Sequence record: NC_019503.1
Direction: 5' to 3' (one strand)
DNA from: Escherichia phage ime09
DNA: 64,000 nt
Under the pieces are notes generated by a model. The model was not told the DNA's origin, did not search any database, and was given only the letters and a program-made list of their open reading frames with translations. Positions 20,687-31,346 of the stretch are shown here, in pieces (position 1 is the stretch's first letter; each line of letters starts with the position of its first letter). Position numbers and translations under genes: made by a program.

Positions 20687-22146
20687 AGACCAGTTACCTC
20701 ATGAAAATCACCAAATACATCCTCGAATGTATTAGCTTTAGTTTTATCTTCACGTAAACGAATCGCAATCGGAAGAAATAATTTAACGTAATCAGTGCGG
20801 CCATCAGATTTTAACCAACCGTTGCATTCGCACTCTAGAATTTTTCCAATATAATAATTTTGGTTTTCCATAATGCGAGTACGGTCAAGTTCATGTGATT
20901 TTACACCGGCTTTATCTTTTAAGCCTGAACCAGCATTTACTTTAATTTTTCCACACTCTGATTCAAGAATAAATCCACCTGCTTTGGTAGGGTCTTTACG
21001 GTGAGGATAAATTCCTACAATTTTTAAATCAACATCAATTACTTCTTTAAATTTATAAAGATTTTTTGAACGAGCATTTTCCCACAATCCATCGGTATTT
21101 TTGAGAATAATACCTTCAAGACCTTGGTCAATATACTTTTTATAAATTACCTTAGCTTCATCTAGGTTATTTACTACCTGGTTTTCAATTAAAATTACTT
21201 TATCATATCCTGATGTCATTTGTTCTAGTTTAGAAAAACGCACATCATATTTTAAACGAAACGCCGGAAGACCATATATTTCTACCAACGGAACATAATC
21301 CCAGACCTGAAACTTCATGCATTGAGCTTCTTTTTCAGAAATGGTTCCTTTTAAGGATTTATTGGCGATTCCATTAGAAGTAGTACGAGATTCCGCTACT
21401 TCGGCGAATTCTTTAGCTTTACTAATTTCAGGATAAGCATCAAAAAGAAAATCTAGGCCTTCTGGTTCCTTTTTAACTTGCTCGTGGTATACCAATTCGC
21501 CATCAATTAACACACCTTCTGGATGAATCTGGCGGGCTTCAGCAGTCATTTTGATTAATTCTTCCTTAAGAAGATCTAATCCTAGATATTCATTACCAGC
21601 TCGTGATAAAAGACGAACATCATCTAATTCATCGCCTCTAACTTCAGCAAAACACCGGGCTCCATCTGCTTTTAACTGTGCAAAGGCTGGAAATTTGATA
21701 TTCTTACTAATGCCCTTTTCATCATAAGAACTTGCCAGCATTTGAGGTTGTTCAGGAATTAAACCTGGCCAAACTTTGTTTGCAATAGATACTGAAGCAC
21801 CGCATTCAAGGTCTCGCATCATCACTCGACGCAAAACTTCAACATCATCCTTTTTACCATCGGTGATATATCCAGTTAATTCCTCAATTGCAGCATTTCC
21901 GGTCAATTTCCGAGTAGCTAACGTGAATTCAATGAAGTCAAGCATATCGGTAATAGTCAGCATTCCAAAACTCTGGGTAGCAATATCAGGTTTAGGCCAT
22001 TTCTTGATATAATACTGTAACCCACGAGAATAAGTCAGACGATATACCCGTTTAAGCAATTCATTATCTTTATTCTTTTCAAGAATTGCTTGCTTCTGCT
22101 TAGTTGATCCAATAGATGCTATTTCATTCAGAATTTTAAGAATCAT
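20683..22146 (-). CDS. 30: ATP-dependent DNA ligase gp30
   Basis: 487 aa as in T4; KADG adenylation motif (FAQLKADGARC). Confidence 0.95.
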   Translation of the reverse strand: MILKILNEIASIGSTKQKQAILEKNKDNELLKRVYRLTYSRGLQYYIKKWPKPDIATQSFGMLTITDMLDFIEFTLATRKLTGNAAIEELTGYITDGKKDDVEVLRRVMMRDLECGASVSIANKVWPGLIPEQPQMLASSYDEKGISKNIKFPAFAQLKADGARCFAEVRGDELDDVRLLSRAGNEYLGLDLLKEELIKMTAEARQIHPEGVLIDGELVYHEQVKKEPEGLDFLFDAYPEISKAKEFAEVAESRTTSNGIANKSLKGTISEKEAQCMKFQVWDYVPLVEIYGLPAFRLKYDVRFSKLEQMTSGYDKVILIENQVVNNLDEAKVIYKKYIDQGLEGIILKNTDGLWENARSKNLYKFKEVIDVDLKIVGIYPHRKDPTKAGGFILESECGKIKVNAGSGLKDKAGVKSHELDRTRIMENQNYYIGKILECECNGWLKSDGRTDYVKLFLPIAIRLREDKTKANTFEDVFGDFHEVTGL

Positions 22147-22412
22147 TGCTCATCCTTCAAAGTTTGGTTTACAGCTCTATTATAAATCAATTCATCATTA
22201 AGCTCAGGCAAAGACTTATGATATGTAGTTCTAACTTTATTTCCTTGCATCCAGTGCTTGACGTAAATGAAACCTTGCTCTACACATTTTTTAAAAATTC
22301 GTTCGTCTTTTTGAGCTCGGAATTCTGGATTGCATCTAAAAAATTGATTTACGTGACCGTAATCACGTGTAGTATTACCTTCATTTTCATAAATAGTGTG
22401 AACGACAAACAT
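22143..22412 (-). CDS. Hypothetical protein (30.1 position)
   Basis: 89-aa ORF; minus strand chosen for operon consistency. Confidence 0.55.
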   Translation of the reverse strand: MFVVHTIYENEGNTTRDYGHVNQFFRCNPEFRAQKDERIFKKCVEQGFIYVKHWMQGNKVRTTYHKSLPELNDELIYNRAVNQTLKDEQ

Positions 22413-23251
22413 TAGAATGCTCCTTGGAAAATATTATCACCACAAGTAGGTCTATTATACAAATACTCTATGCCACCAGGTTTAATATAGTTCCATGTCT
22501 GAAACGGATGTGTCTGATATGGATGATATAGATGATTATAAGGATTAAACCCAGGCGTTCTCCAGGTAGTGTTCCAACGAAAAGAATCGTTTTTAACCAT
22601 CTTCTCAATTAAATCTTTTATAGCTTTTTCACTATCAAAACTTTCTTTATTTTCCTTCGGCGAAAAAAGCTTATTTTCTACATCATTCCATGTATAAACT
22701 CGCTGCGCAGTTTTTGGAATATTGTCACGCTCTCCTCGAGCCATCCAATAAACAGGAACATTTAATATTTCACTAGCATGATCGCAGTGATGAGCGAGAT
22801 CGTCAATATAACAAATTACGTTATATTTCTCTTTTGCCTTTTTGAACAACTCTTCTTTTGAAGAATCATGACCGCACATCATTACTTCCGAGAAGGCACC
22901 AGGAAAAAGAGCATTCAAATTAAATTGACGATTCAACAGAGCGTCAATAGAATCACCCAATGCTGTAACAGCTACAAAATTATAATCTTCTTTTAATTTG
23001 TTAATTACACACAGGGCATCTTTATATGGAGACAAGTAACGAATAAAATCTGATCGATTGTATTTTTCAATTAGCTTGACACCAAGTTCTTCATCACAGT
23101 TAAATAGTTTACCTGGAGAAATAAATTTCTCATCTTGGATCATTTTTAAAATATGTTCTAACGGAAGATTATATTTCTGAGCAAAATAAGGAAGACCTGA
23201 TTGCCAGCTTAAACATACTCCATCAATATCAGTTAAAATAGTAGGCTTCAT
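22412..23251 (-). CDS. Hypothetical protein (30.2 position)
   Basis: 279-aa ORF in tight array. Confidence 0.6.
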   Translation of the reverse strand: MKPTILTDIDGVCLSWQSGLPYFAQKYNLPLEHILKMIQDEKFISPGKLFNCDEELGVKLIEKYNRSDFIRYLSPYKDALCVINKLKEDYNFVAVTALGDSIDALLNRQFNLNALFPGAFSEVMMCGHDSSKEELFKKAKEKYNVICYIDDLAHHCDHASEILNVPVYWMARGERDNIPKTAQRVYTWNDVENKLFSPKENKESFDSEKAIKDLIEKMVKNDSFRWNTTWRTPGFNPYNHLYHPYQTHPFQTWNYIKPGGIEYLYNRPTCGDNIFQGAF

Positions 23252-23712
23252 AGAGAGTCTCTTAATAGGTTTAACACATCAATAAATTCAGCTTCGGTTA
23301 GTATTGTATCATCTTTTGTTAGACCACTAGCCATGCTGTGCTTCAAAACTTTTCCTTTCGAGGCTTGTAATGCATCGCGAAAGCCCCTGTTTTGGAACGC
23401 TGCTTCAAAATATGCATTTGTGTATAATTCTTTCCACGCTGGAGAGTATCTTGAAAACGGAACTCCAAGCCAGAAGAGGGTCCCACGGTCCTGAGCTCTA
23501 GCATAAGCTCGTCCAGCTTGTTGGGCAGCAAGCCCGGATAACCCAAATATACGACGTTGCTGTTCAACATTTTTCACCTTACACCCTTGGAGGAATCCTT
23601 CGAGACCTCCAAATTGGATACCATCCATAACAAAAGGCCATTGGGCGAAATTACTTAGTGCGCATGATGGCCATCTAAAATTGCTTCTTATCTCTAACTC
23701 AGACATTTTCAA
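23248..23712 (-). CDS. Hypothetical protein (30.3 position)
   Basis: 154-aa ORF in tight array. Confidence 0.6.
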   Translation of the reverse strand: MKMSELEIRSNFRWPSCALSNFAQWPFVMDGIQFGGLEGFLQGCKVKNVEQQRRIFGLSGLAAQQAGRAYARAQDRGTLFWLGVPFSRYSPAWKELYTNAYFEAAFQNRGFRDALQASKGKVLKHSMASGLTKDDTILTEAEFIDVLNLLRDSL

Positions 23713-23914
23713 TACTTATAATTTCAACATCAGCCCAATGACCGTAACCCGGTAAACGGTCTTCAATAGATAATCCGCCATCATATTTAAGCATTTTAAT
23801 TGTCATAATATATGGCTCTAAATGGTCTTCTGTGAGAGGAGAAACGTCAGTCACACGATAAGTAACTTCAACCATTTCCGTACCTAATAATTTCTGAATT
23901 AATTTCTTAAACAT
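23699..23914 (-). CDS. Hypothetical protein
   Basis: 71-aa ORF in tight array. Confidence 0.45.
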   Translation of the reverse strand: MFKKLIQKLLGTEMVEVTYRVTDVSPLTEDHLEPYIMTIKMLKYDGGLSIEDRLPGYGHWADVEIISIENV

Positions 23915-23918
23915 TTTA

Positions 23919-24206
23919 TTAGAACCTCATCTGAAAACCGTGCGATTTAACATTACCGCCGCCAATATCAGAAATATTAATTTCACGCGCAATTGAAGGA
24001 TCAATGTCAATTTCACGATTGAGTTTAGTGATAGCTAAAGTATCGCGGCCATTTACAGTACGGAACTCTAAAGGACATACTACATTAACGTAGTTTTTAA
24101 TCGATTCGCTGGTAGGTTGCAAATGAGCAGGAAGGTCTTTAGGCGCCTTAGAGAAAACCACTTCACAGAAGTTTTTACGAGTATCAAAATAAGTAGTCAT
24201 AAACAT
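23919..24206 (-). CDS. Hypothetical protein
   Basis: 95-aa ORF. Confidence 0.45.
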   Translation of the reverse strand: MFMTTYFDTRKNFCEVVFSKAPKDLPAHLQPTSESIKNYVNVVCPLEFRTVNGRDTLAITKLNREIDIDPSIAREINISDIGGGNVKSHGFQMRF

Positions 24207-24247
24207 AGTATTTTCCTCAGTAAGGGGCCGAAGCCCCTCATTTTATT

Positions 24248-24613
24248 TTAAATATCAAATTCATTAAGAACTACATCAAAGATCGCTTCAAGATGCTCAG
24301 GTTTAGCTCTGTTACTCAGAATATGACGAATCCAAGTTTTAACCAGAAGCTTGCGATTAACACCATTCCAGCAAGGATGAGTCCCTAAATCGCGTTGACG
24401 AAAATCATCATCCAAAGCAATTTTGAAGTTGGAACCTTCCATTGTGATTGAAACCGTGATGCCATTTTCAAATCGCATATAAACGTAGTTAGGAGTCATA
24501 TACTGTTCAATTTCGCATACTGATCCATTTTGATGTTTCCAAAGGCAAATAGTATCAATAGAACCTGCAATACCATTAGAAACATATTTACGTTCAAAGT
24601 TAATGTAGTTCAT
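24248..24613 (-). CDS. Hypothetical protein
   Basis: 121-aa ORF; early-promoter-like element upstream at about 24650-24685. Confidence 0.5.
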   Translation of the reverse strand: MNYINFERKYVSNGIAGSIDTICLWKHQNGSVCEIEQYMTPNYVYMRFENGITVSITMEGSNFKIALDDDFRQRDLGTHPCWNGVNRKLLVKTWIRHILSNRAKPEHLEAIFDVVLNEFDI

Positions 24614-24683
24614 TTTTATTCTCCGAGATGTTTAATTGCGGTACAGGTATATAATATCATATCCTGTACCAAAGTAAACTATT

Positions 24684-25052
24684 TTATGCAACTTTAATCC
24701 AATTATCTAAATTTAATTCACCTTTGGCTTTCATTTTTTCAATCAAGAGGTCAGCGGTAATACGACCATTTTGATACCACGTAACATCTTCAGAGTAACC
24801 AGTTTCTTTATCTTCATAAGTCTCACAGCGAATTTTACCAAGAATCAAAGTTTTTAATTCGTATGTATCTCCAGTAAAAAAGTTAGTTAACATTATTTTC
24901 CAAGAGAAGTCATCAGAAGGACCTTCAGGAGTCATGCAACCTACAAATTCAAATTGTTCTTTGTATAAGTGCCACTGAAGTTCTTTAGTTTCGATAGCTT
25001 TATAGCCGTCGTGATCTTTACCTTTGATGTATGAGTTAAGATTGATTTTCAT
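24684..25052 (-). CDS. Hypothetical protein
   Basis: 122-aa ORF; early-promoter-like element at about 25075-25115. Confidence 0.5.
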   Translation of the reverse strand: MKINLNSYIKGKDHDGYKAIETKELQWHLYKEQFEFVGCMTPEGPSDDFSWKIMLTNFFTGDTYELKTLILGKIRCETYEDKETGYSEDVTWYQNGRITADLLIEKMKAKGELNLDNWIKVA

Positions 25053-25127
25053 TTTATTCTCCTTTGTTTGTGTAAGATAATACTATCACAAAGGAACCAT
25101 ACTGTAAACAACTTTGTGCAATCTTTG

Positions 25128-25160
25128 GAAAATAAAAAAGGACTCCCGAAGGAGTCCTCA
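25128..25160 (-). terminator. Minus-strand intrinsic terminator
   Basis: ggactcc-cgaa-ggagtcc; on the minus strand it is followed by ttttttatttt. Confidence 0.7.
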
Positions 25161-25162
25161 AC

Positions 25163-25339
25163 TTATGCTTTCTGCTTACCAAAACGAGAAGCATCATCTC
25201 GAAGAACCGCACGTGCTCGGCGCATGATCTTCTCAACAGTTTGATTGATACGAGAGTTCGACCCACGCTTGTAACCAGCGCGTTTAGAATCACCAACTTT
25301 CTTTTCAACTGCTTTCTTTGCTTTAGCTTGTTTTGCCAT
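25163..25339 (-). CDS. Small highly basic protein (K/R-rich, 58 aa from MAKQAKAKK)
   Basis: The ORF-track 72-aa ORF is trimmed to the internal ATG at 25339; composition resembles a nucleic-acid-binding protein. Confidence 0.45.
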   Translation of the reverse strand: MAKQAKAKKAVEKKVGDSKRAGYKRGSNSRINQTVEKIMRRARAVLRDDASRFGKQKA

Positions 25340-25533
25340 TATAAATTCTCTTTTAAATGAAAATGCAGGACTTATTGGCATTGCCTGCGAAAGCCCTCAA
25401 GGGGTACTTAGGTTTTGAATATTTACCGACAGGATAACCATAAACCTCGTCAACATTCAAGAGGTACACCGTAAAACAAAGTTCGACGGCTCCTCGTTTT
25501 AACTTCACACTAAGGCAGTGACTCTCCAATAAA

Positions 25534-25782
25534 TTACTTCAGTGTTACCACAAAGTGACGAACTGCTTTTCGTGCAGCAGAAGCCAGAGGCTTAGCATAT
25601 TTAAGTTCATCTTTTTCCTGAAGCTCAGCAGCTAATGCAGTTTGAGCAGGATTCAGATGTTTGAAATAACGCAGGATTTCAAGAGCTTCGGCTTCAACAT
25701 CAATAGATGCGCCATAGTTTTCGTGACCATTATTCCATGCGTTTCGTTGCAGTTCAAGAGCGTATTGTAATTGTTTAATCAT
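25534..25782 (-). CDS. rIII: rIII lysis-inhibition accessory protein
   Basis: 82 aa as in T4; synteny next to gene 31. Confidence 0.8.
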   Translation of the reverse strand: MIKQLQYALELQRNAWNNGHENYGASIDVEAEALEILRYFKHLNPAQTALAAELQEKDELKYAKPLASAARKAVRHFVVTLK

Positions 25783-25908
25783 TTAAAAATTCTCGTTAGA
25801 GATTAAAACTCGGTAGTCACGTTCTTCTGAATTTCATCTTCTTTCGACAGATCTCTCAGTTGTAGACTACCACATAGAATTGAAACTCAATTCATATTAT
25901 TATTTATA

Positions 25909-26244
25909 TCACTTATAAAGACACGGAATAGCTTTATAGTGACAGGTAACGAATTTTTGTTTAATTTCTTTTGGCTGCTTAAGACCCAGAGCTACAAAAG
26001 GATGCGGAACGTTTCGAATTTGACCAACTGGAAGAGAAGTCAAATCACCAACTTCACAGAAACCTTCAGGAACATCAGGACCAACAGAGTGAATTACACA
26101 CAGTTCAGGAACTTCACCTTGAACACGTTTACCGATAATAAGTCCTGATTCTGTAACTTCTTCATCACCGGCTTGTGCAGGTTCAGAAACTAAAATAACA
26201 TATTCACCGACAGCACGAATTGGTAGCTGTTGTACTTCAGACAT
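25909..26244 (-). CDS. 31: Co-chaperonin gp31 (GroES-like)
   Basis: 111 aa as in T4; synteny. Confidence 0.85.
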   Translation of the reverse strand: MSEVQQLPIRAVGEYVILVSEPAQAGDEEVTESGLIIGKRVQGEVPELCVIHSVGPDVPEGFCEVGDLTSLPVGQIRNVPHPFVALGLKQPKEIKQKFVTCHYKAIPCLYK

Positions 26245-26301
26245 CGTTTTTCCTTTTTTGTTAACAGATGAATTAATAATAACAAATAATTCTTAAAGCA
26301 T

Positions 26302-26610
26302 TTATTTACCAATAAATTGGAGCAAATGCTCAACTTTCATGCCATTAACGGAAATCAATTTGTCAATAGAAAAACCTCGCCACTCGCCAAGCTCAACATC
26401 AAATACTGGAATCATATCAGTAGATTCTTTCCGGGCAGATTCAGTCAATTTACCGGTTTGCATGGTTGGCATAAAGTCTGCATCACGAGTACCTTTCATA
26501 GTACGAATAGTACCATCAGACTTTTCAAAAACTACGTTTGAAATACCCATGGACAATTTAGTTTTCAAAATTTCACGAATTGCTACTTTTTGTTCAGTCG
26601 TCAATTTCAT
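26302..26610 (-). CDS. Hypothetical protein (31.1 position)
   Basis: 102-aa ORF. Confidence 0.55.
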   Translation of the reverse strand: MKLTTEQKVAIREILKTKLSMGISNVVFEKSDGTIRTMKGTRDADFMPTMQTGKLTESARKESTDMIPVFDVELGEWRGFSIDKLISVNGMKVEHLLQFIGK

Positions 26611-26847
26611 TTATTTACCTATTACAGTTTTATGATAAATTGTTCCACGTTCTTTAAGAGTGGAAAGTAATTTTTGATATTTTTCTAAATCAGATTTCCA
26701 ACTATGCGGTCTATCAATACAAACCCAGTTTGATTTATAATACTGTTTCCACCTAGAGAAAAAATATTTCTTATACTCTACAGCAAATGAAATGTTCTCG
26801 GTAGAATAAGAACTAATTGCTGTGAGCTGTACCAAACGAAATTTCAT
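26611..26847 (-). CDS. Hypothetical protein (31.2 position)
   Basis: 78-aa ORF. Confidence 0.5.
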   Translation of the reverse strand: MKFRLVQLTAISSYSTENISFAVEYKKYFFSRWKQYYKSNWVCIDRPHSWKSDLEKYQKLLSTLKERGTIYHKTVIGK

Positions 26848-27428
26848 TATTCACCACAGAATTCGTTGATATTTTCCCAGTTTAACTTATTCAAGTTTTT
26901 CTTAGGAACATTAAACACTTCAATACCTGCATTTCGCAGAATATCATCCCAGCCAGGTTTATTTTTATCGTATGTTTCACAATAAACCAGCTTTTTAATA
27001 CCAGATTGAGCTATTGCTTTTGCACAATCTGGGCAAGGAGAAAGTGTTACATACATAGTAGCACCTTCAATTGAAGAACCGTTTCGTGCAGCAAACAAAA
27101 TCGCATTTAGTTCAGCATGAATTTCATTTTTAGACGACCATTCAGAGTGCGCGCTACGATGTTCTTTCGCCAAGACAAAACGATCAGTTGAACCAAATGA
27201 TACACATTCAGGCTTATGACCTTGAATGATAGTATGTTTAGGCTTATTCAGCAACCAACCTTGCTCAGCAGCATAATCACAGCAGTTCACACCCCCGGCA
27301 GGTGAACCATTATATCCGGTAGAAATAATACGTCCATTCTTTTCAATTACTGCTCCTACCTTCCAGGAGCAACATTTTGATTCTTGTGATACTAAATATG
27401 CAATTTGAAGTACTGTACTCGCTTTCAT
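26847..27428 (-). CDS. cd: dCMP deaminase
   Basis: 193 aa; zinc-binding deaminase motifs HAELNAI and PCPDCAKAI. Confidence 0.9.
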   Translation of the reverse strand: MKASTVLQIAYLVSQESKCCSWKVGAVIEKNGRIISTGYNGSPAGGVNCCDYAAEQGWLLNKPKHTIIQGHKPECVSFGSTDRFVLAKEHRSAHSEWSSKNEIHAELNAILFAARNGSSIEGATMYVTLSPCPDCAKAIAQSGIKKLVYCETYDKNKPGWDDILRNAGIEVFNVPKKNLNKLNWENINEFCGE

Positions 27429-27763
27429 TTCATAATCACCAGATAAGCAGATTTAGCAGTTTCAACACGATAAATTTCGTGACGAAGTTTAGTTATACTT
27501 TTAATAACAGAACTAATTATATTCTGCCCATCTTTAAAGCGGTTTTTCTTATCAATAAAAATTGCGCCAACCATCTTTTTGTGAAGCTCAACTGGATACT
27601 TCGTCACAATAATAGCATCATACACAGAAGGATGAATACTATTCACTAGAGTGTCATTCATTAAAGTTATTCTAATGAACTGTGCTGTGTCAGAGTCAAG
27701 CGCTCTATGATCGCCAGTATCATTTTCAAGACAATTATCAATTATATCAGTTAAATTCATCAT
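27425..27763 (-). CDS. Hypothetical protein (cd.1 position)
   Basis: 112-aa ORF. Confidence 0.5.
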   Translation of the reverse strand: MMNLTDIIDNCLENDTGDHRALDSDTAQFIRITLMNDTLVNSIHPSVYDAIIVTKYPVELHKKMVGAIFIDKKNRFKDGQNIISSVIKSITKLRHEIYRVETAKSAYLVIMK

Positions 27764-27996
27764 AGTACGCCATACACCCTTTGTGCTTCAACTAATCCAT
27801 CAAAATCCAATTTGAGATGTGTTATTTGGTCACCATCACCTGGATTCACAATTACTAATACTGAACGAGGAGTTTCGGTAATAACACGAACCGATGTTTC
27901 AGGAAATCGTTCAGAAACCTTATTTACCAATTCCTGAGCAAATAGTTTAACTTTTTCTTGGAATTCTTTAACAGTAATTGGTTTTTCACTTAGCAT
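27760..27996 (-). CDS. Hypothetical protein
   Basis: 78-aa ORF. Confidence 0.5.
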   Translation of the reverse strand: MLSEKPITVKEFQEKVKLFAQELVNKVSERFPETSVRVITETPRSVLVIVNPGDGDQITHLKLDFDGLVEAQRVYGVL

Positions 27997-28517
27997 GTTG
28001 ATCCCAGCTCCTTACTTTCAACGTTTTTAACTAATTTGACAGAAACTAATTCGGCATCTTGGGTAATCATTACCGGGCCTTCTTTATACTCTTCAAGATA
28101 TTCTAGAGCTTTCTTTTTAGCTTCTTCCTTCGTATCAGTTTGAGCATAGATATAAAACATACAACCAGTAATACCTACTACTTTCCACTTAATTTCTTTA
28201 TCAGTTTTAATTTCAAATTTACTGACAGAATCGTCTTTTTGAACTTCTTCGAAAAAAGAATATTCTAACATATAAGCAATTGAAAATAACGGGCTAACTT
28301 TATAGGATTCGCCCATTACATCAACAGCTTTATACCAACAGTCATCAATTTCGCGTTTAATGCTAATAACATTTTTCGCAGGATCTATTTTTACTTTAAA
28401 TGAATTTTCCCCAATAAACTGAGCAATTCGTTTATTAGCCCCGCAGGTTTCATTAAAAATATCTTTATATCCAGCTTTAAAGCGATAAACCTTATCTTCT
28501 TCAAACCATTCGCTCAT
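27990..28517 (-). CDS. Hypothetical protein
   Basis: 175-aa ORF; early-promoter-like element at about 28540-28585. Confidence 0.5.
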   Translation of the reverse strand: MSEWFEEDKVYRFKAGYKDIFNETCGANKRIAQFIGENSFKVKIDPAKNVISIKREIDDCWYKAVDVMGESYKVSPLFSIAYMLEYSFFEEVQKDDSVSKFEIKTDKEIKWKVVGITGCMFYIYAQTDTKEEAKKKALEYLEEYKEGPVMITQDAELVSVKLVKNVESKELGSTC

Positions 28518-28579
28518 TTCAATTTCCTCATTTGTTTTGGTAGAGCTATAATATCACAACTCTACCGTAAAGTAAACTG

Positions 28580-28855
28580 TTAAATTGCTTTGAATTCTGA
28601 TGTCTGTGATTCAAAGCGAATATCGCCTTTGATGACTAGCTCAGCATCAAGACCGAATACGACAATGATATGCGCGGAACCTGGATACAGCGTAATGGCA
28701 ATAGAATCCACCTGGTCTGGAAGCAAAGTGTTCAATACATGAGTCACTTGAGCATGAATTCGAAGCTCAGCTGCGTTATCAAGCTTTTCAAACATATTAT
28801 TAGCGATAATTTGGCTAAACACTACTTCTACGATTTTAGAGTAAGTTGGAAACAT
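28580..28855 (-). CDS. Hypothetical protein
   Basis: 91-aa ORF. Confidence 0.5.
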   Translation of the reverse strand: MFPTYSKIVEVVFSQIIANNMFEKLDNAAELRIHAQVTHVLNTLLPDQVDSIAITLYPGSAHIIVVFGLDAELVIKGDIRFESQTSEFKAI

Positions 28856-28862
28856 ATTTACC

Positions 28863-29057
28863 TCACATAATTTTCTTCAAGCCAATTAATAACATCCAAC
28901 GCATTATCAAAAGTGAACCATCTACTTTGTCTTCTGTTTCATAATCAAGAACATCTAAGCCTACTCTTCCATCAACAATAGGCCATAAACAAAATAGATA
29001 TTTCTTTTCTTTTTCAATTTTATCACAAAGTCGATAAATCTTTTCTATGTTATTCAT
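28863..29057 (-). CDS. Hypothetical protein
   Basis: 64-aa ORF. Confidence 0.45.
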   Translation of the reverse strand: MNNIEKIYRLCDKIEKEKKYLFCLWPIVDGRVGLDVLDYETEDKVDGSLLIMRWMLLIGLKKIM

Positions 29058-29246
29058 AAGTTTTCCATGGTAAAGGTAGTTTAGTTTTCTTTACTGTTAG
29101 TTCAACATCAGGATTCTTTTCTCTTAATTTAAGGCATTCCTCCCAAGCTCTGATTTCACTAGTGAATACACAAAATTGCCCATTACTAGTACCAACTAAA
29201 CCACTATTTACAATAACAATAGACCAAGTTTCATGATGCCACGCCA

Positions 29247-29247
<1 letters not shown>
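29050..29247 (-). CDS. Hypothetical protein
   Basis: ORF-track ORF 29050..29277 trimmed to the ATG at 29247, which overlaps the pseT stop. Confidence 0.4.
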
Positions 29248-30472
<1,225 letters not shown>

Positions 30473-30475
30473 TTA

Positions 30476-30706
30476 TTATTTCTCAACCAATGATTGAATA
30501 TAATCATGCAGGTCTTTAGATGCTTTACCCCACTTATTTTGGTATTCATTTTTAAGATTAGCACGTGATTGAGCTAATAAAACATCATTAGTTGGAGGTA
30601 AAGATTCTAATCGTTGAATCTGGCGTCCATAAATCATTGCAGCCATCTCGGATTCATAAATCAATCCTTTGAGGTGTTCAAATTGATGCCATGAAATCAT
30701 TTGCAT
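30476..30706 (-). CDS. Hypothetical protein
   Basis: 76-aa ORF. Confidence 0.45.
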   Translation of the reverse strand: MQMISWHQFEHLKGLIYESEMAAMIYGRQIQRLESLPPTNDVLLAQSRANLKNEYQNKWGKASKDLHDYIQSLVEK

Positions 30707-30996
30707 TTATCCTCTTTTAGCTCTTGACGATAATAACATATCATAGTTTTTTGGTCATGTACATATCGTTTTACATCATTAAGCCAAATACGAAATTCCT
30801 GGGAATCTTCAAATGGCATACCGACCCAAGCTTTACCATCAATAACTTTAACTTGCCAAGATAGTTTAGCTTCATCATATGACTTTATTTGTACAGGCCA
30901 ATTAGGATGAACTGTTTCTTTCTTTACTTCTAGAGGCTTTGTCGAACAACCAACTAGAAGACCAATAGATAATATTACTGCTGATAGTTTAATCAT
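30697..30996 (-). CDS. Probable o-spanin (outer-membrane lipoprotein, Rz1 equivalent)
   Basis: Signal peptide with lipobox LVGC (MIKLSAVILSIGLLVGCSTK); sits directly downstream of the i-spanin-like ORF. Confidence 0.6.
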   Translation of the reverse strand: MIKLSAVILSIGLLVGCSTKPLEVKKETVHPNWPVQIKSYDEAKLSWQVKVIDGKAWVGMPFEDSQEFRIWLNDVKRYVHDQKTMICYYRQELKEDKCK

Positions 30997-31346
30997 TTAG
31001 AAAGGTCCTGGATGTCTTCTGCGAACTTGTTGAAGGAGTTGTTGATTTGTTTTTCAACCAATCCTGGCTTATGAGCCACCACATCCGCCTTCTTTGCGTC
31101 TTTGCGCAGTTTTTCATTTTCACGCTCAATAGCAGCAATTGCCTCACGATTTTTATTATTCATCGCATCAATATAATTATACTGAATTCGCAAATTATTT
31201 AATGCTAAAGCGTTTTCATTGGCCGTTTTTGTAATTTCTACAACAGACGTTTCTAATCTTTCAATTTTATTTTTTAAAATTAAAGAAGTTCCGCCCAATG
31301 CAATTACAATTAATAACAAGCCTGTTGTCGTATTACTTAATTGCAT
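30993..31346 (-). CDS. Probable i-spanin (N-terminal TM helix plus coiled coil, Rz equivalent)
   Basis: N-terminal hydrophobic helix GLLLIVIALGGTSLIL followed by a charged, heptad-like region; overlaps the o-spanin start. Confidence 0.6.
   Translation of the reverse strand: MQLSNTTTGLLLIVIALGGTSLILKNKIERLETSVVEITKTANENALALNNLRIQYNYIDAMNNKNREAIAAIERENEKLRKDAKKADVVAHKPGLVEKQINNSFNKFAEDIQDLSK

Noticed and set aside
22146-22415. Plus-strand 89-aa ORF mirroring the minus-strand 89-aa ORF
   Set aside because: The surrounding operon is entirely on the minus strand with overlapping start/stop codons; the plus-strand translation is Ile/Phe/Leu-rich AT-shadow sequence.
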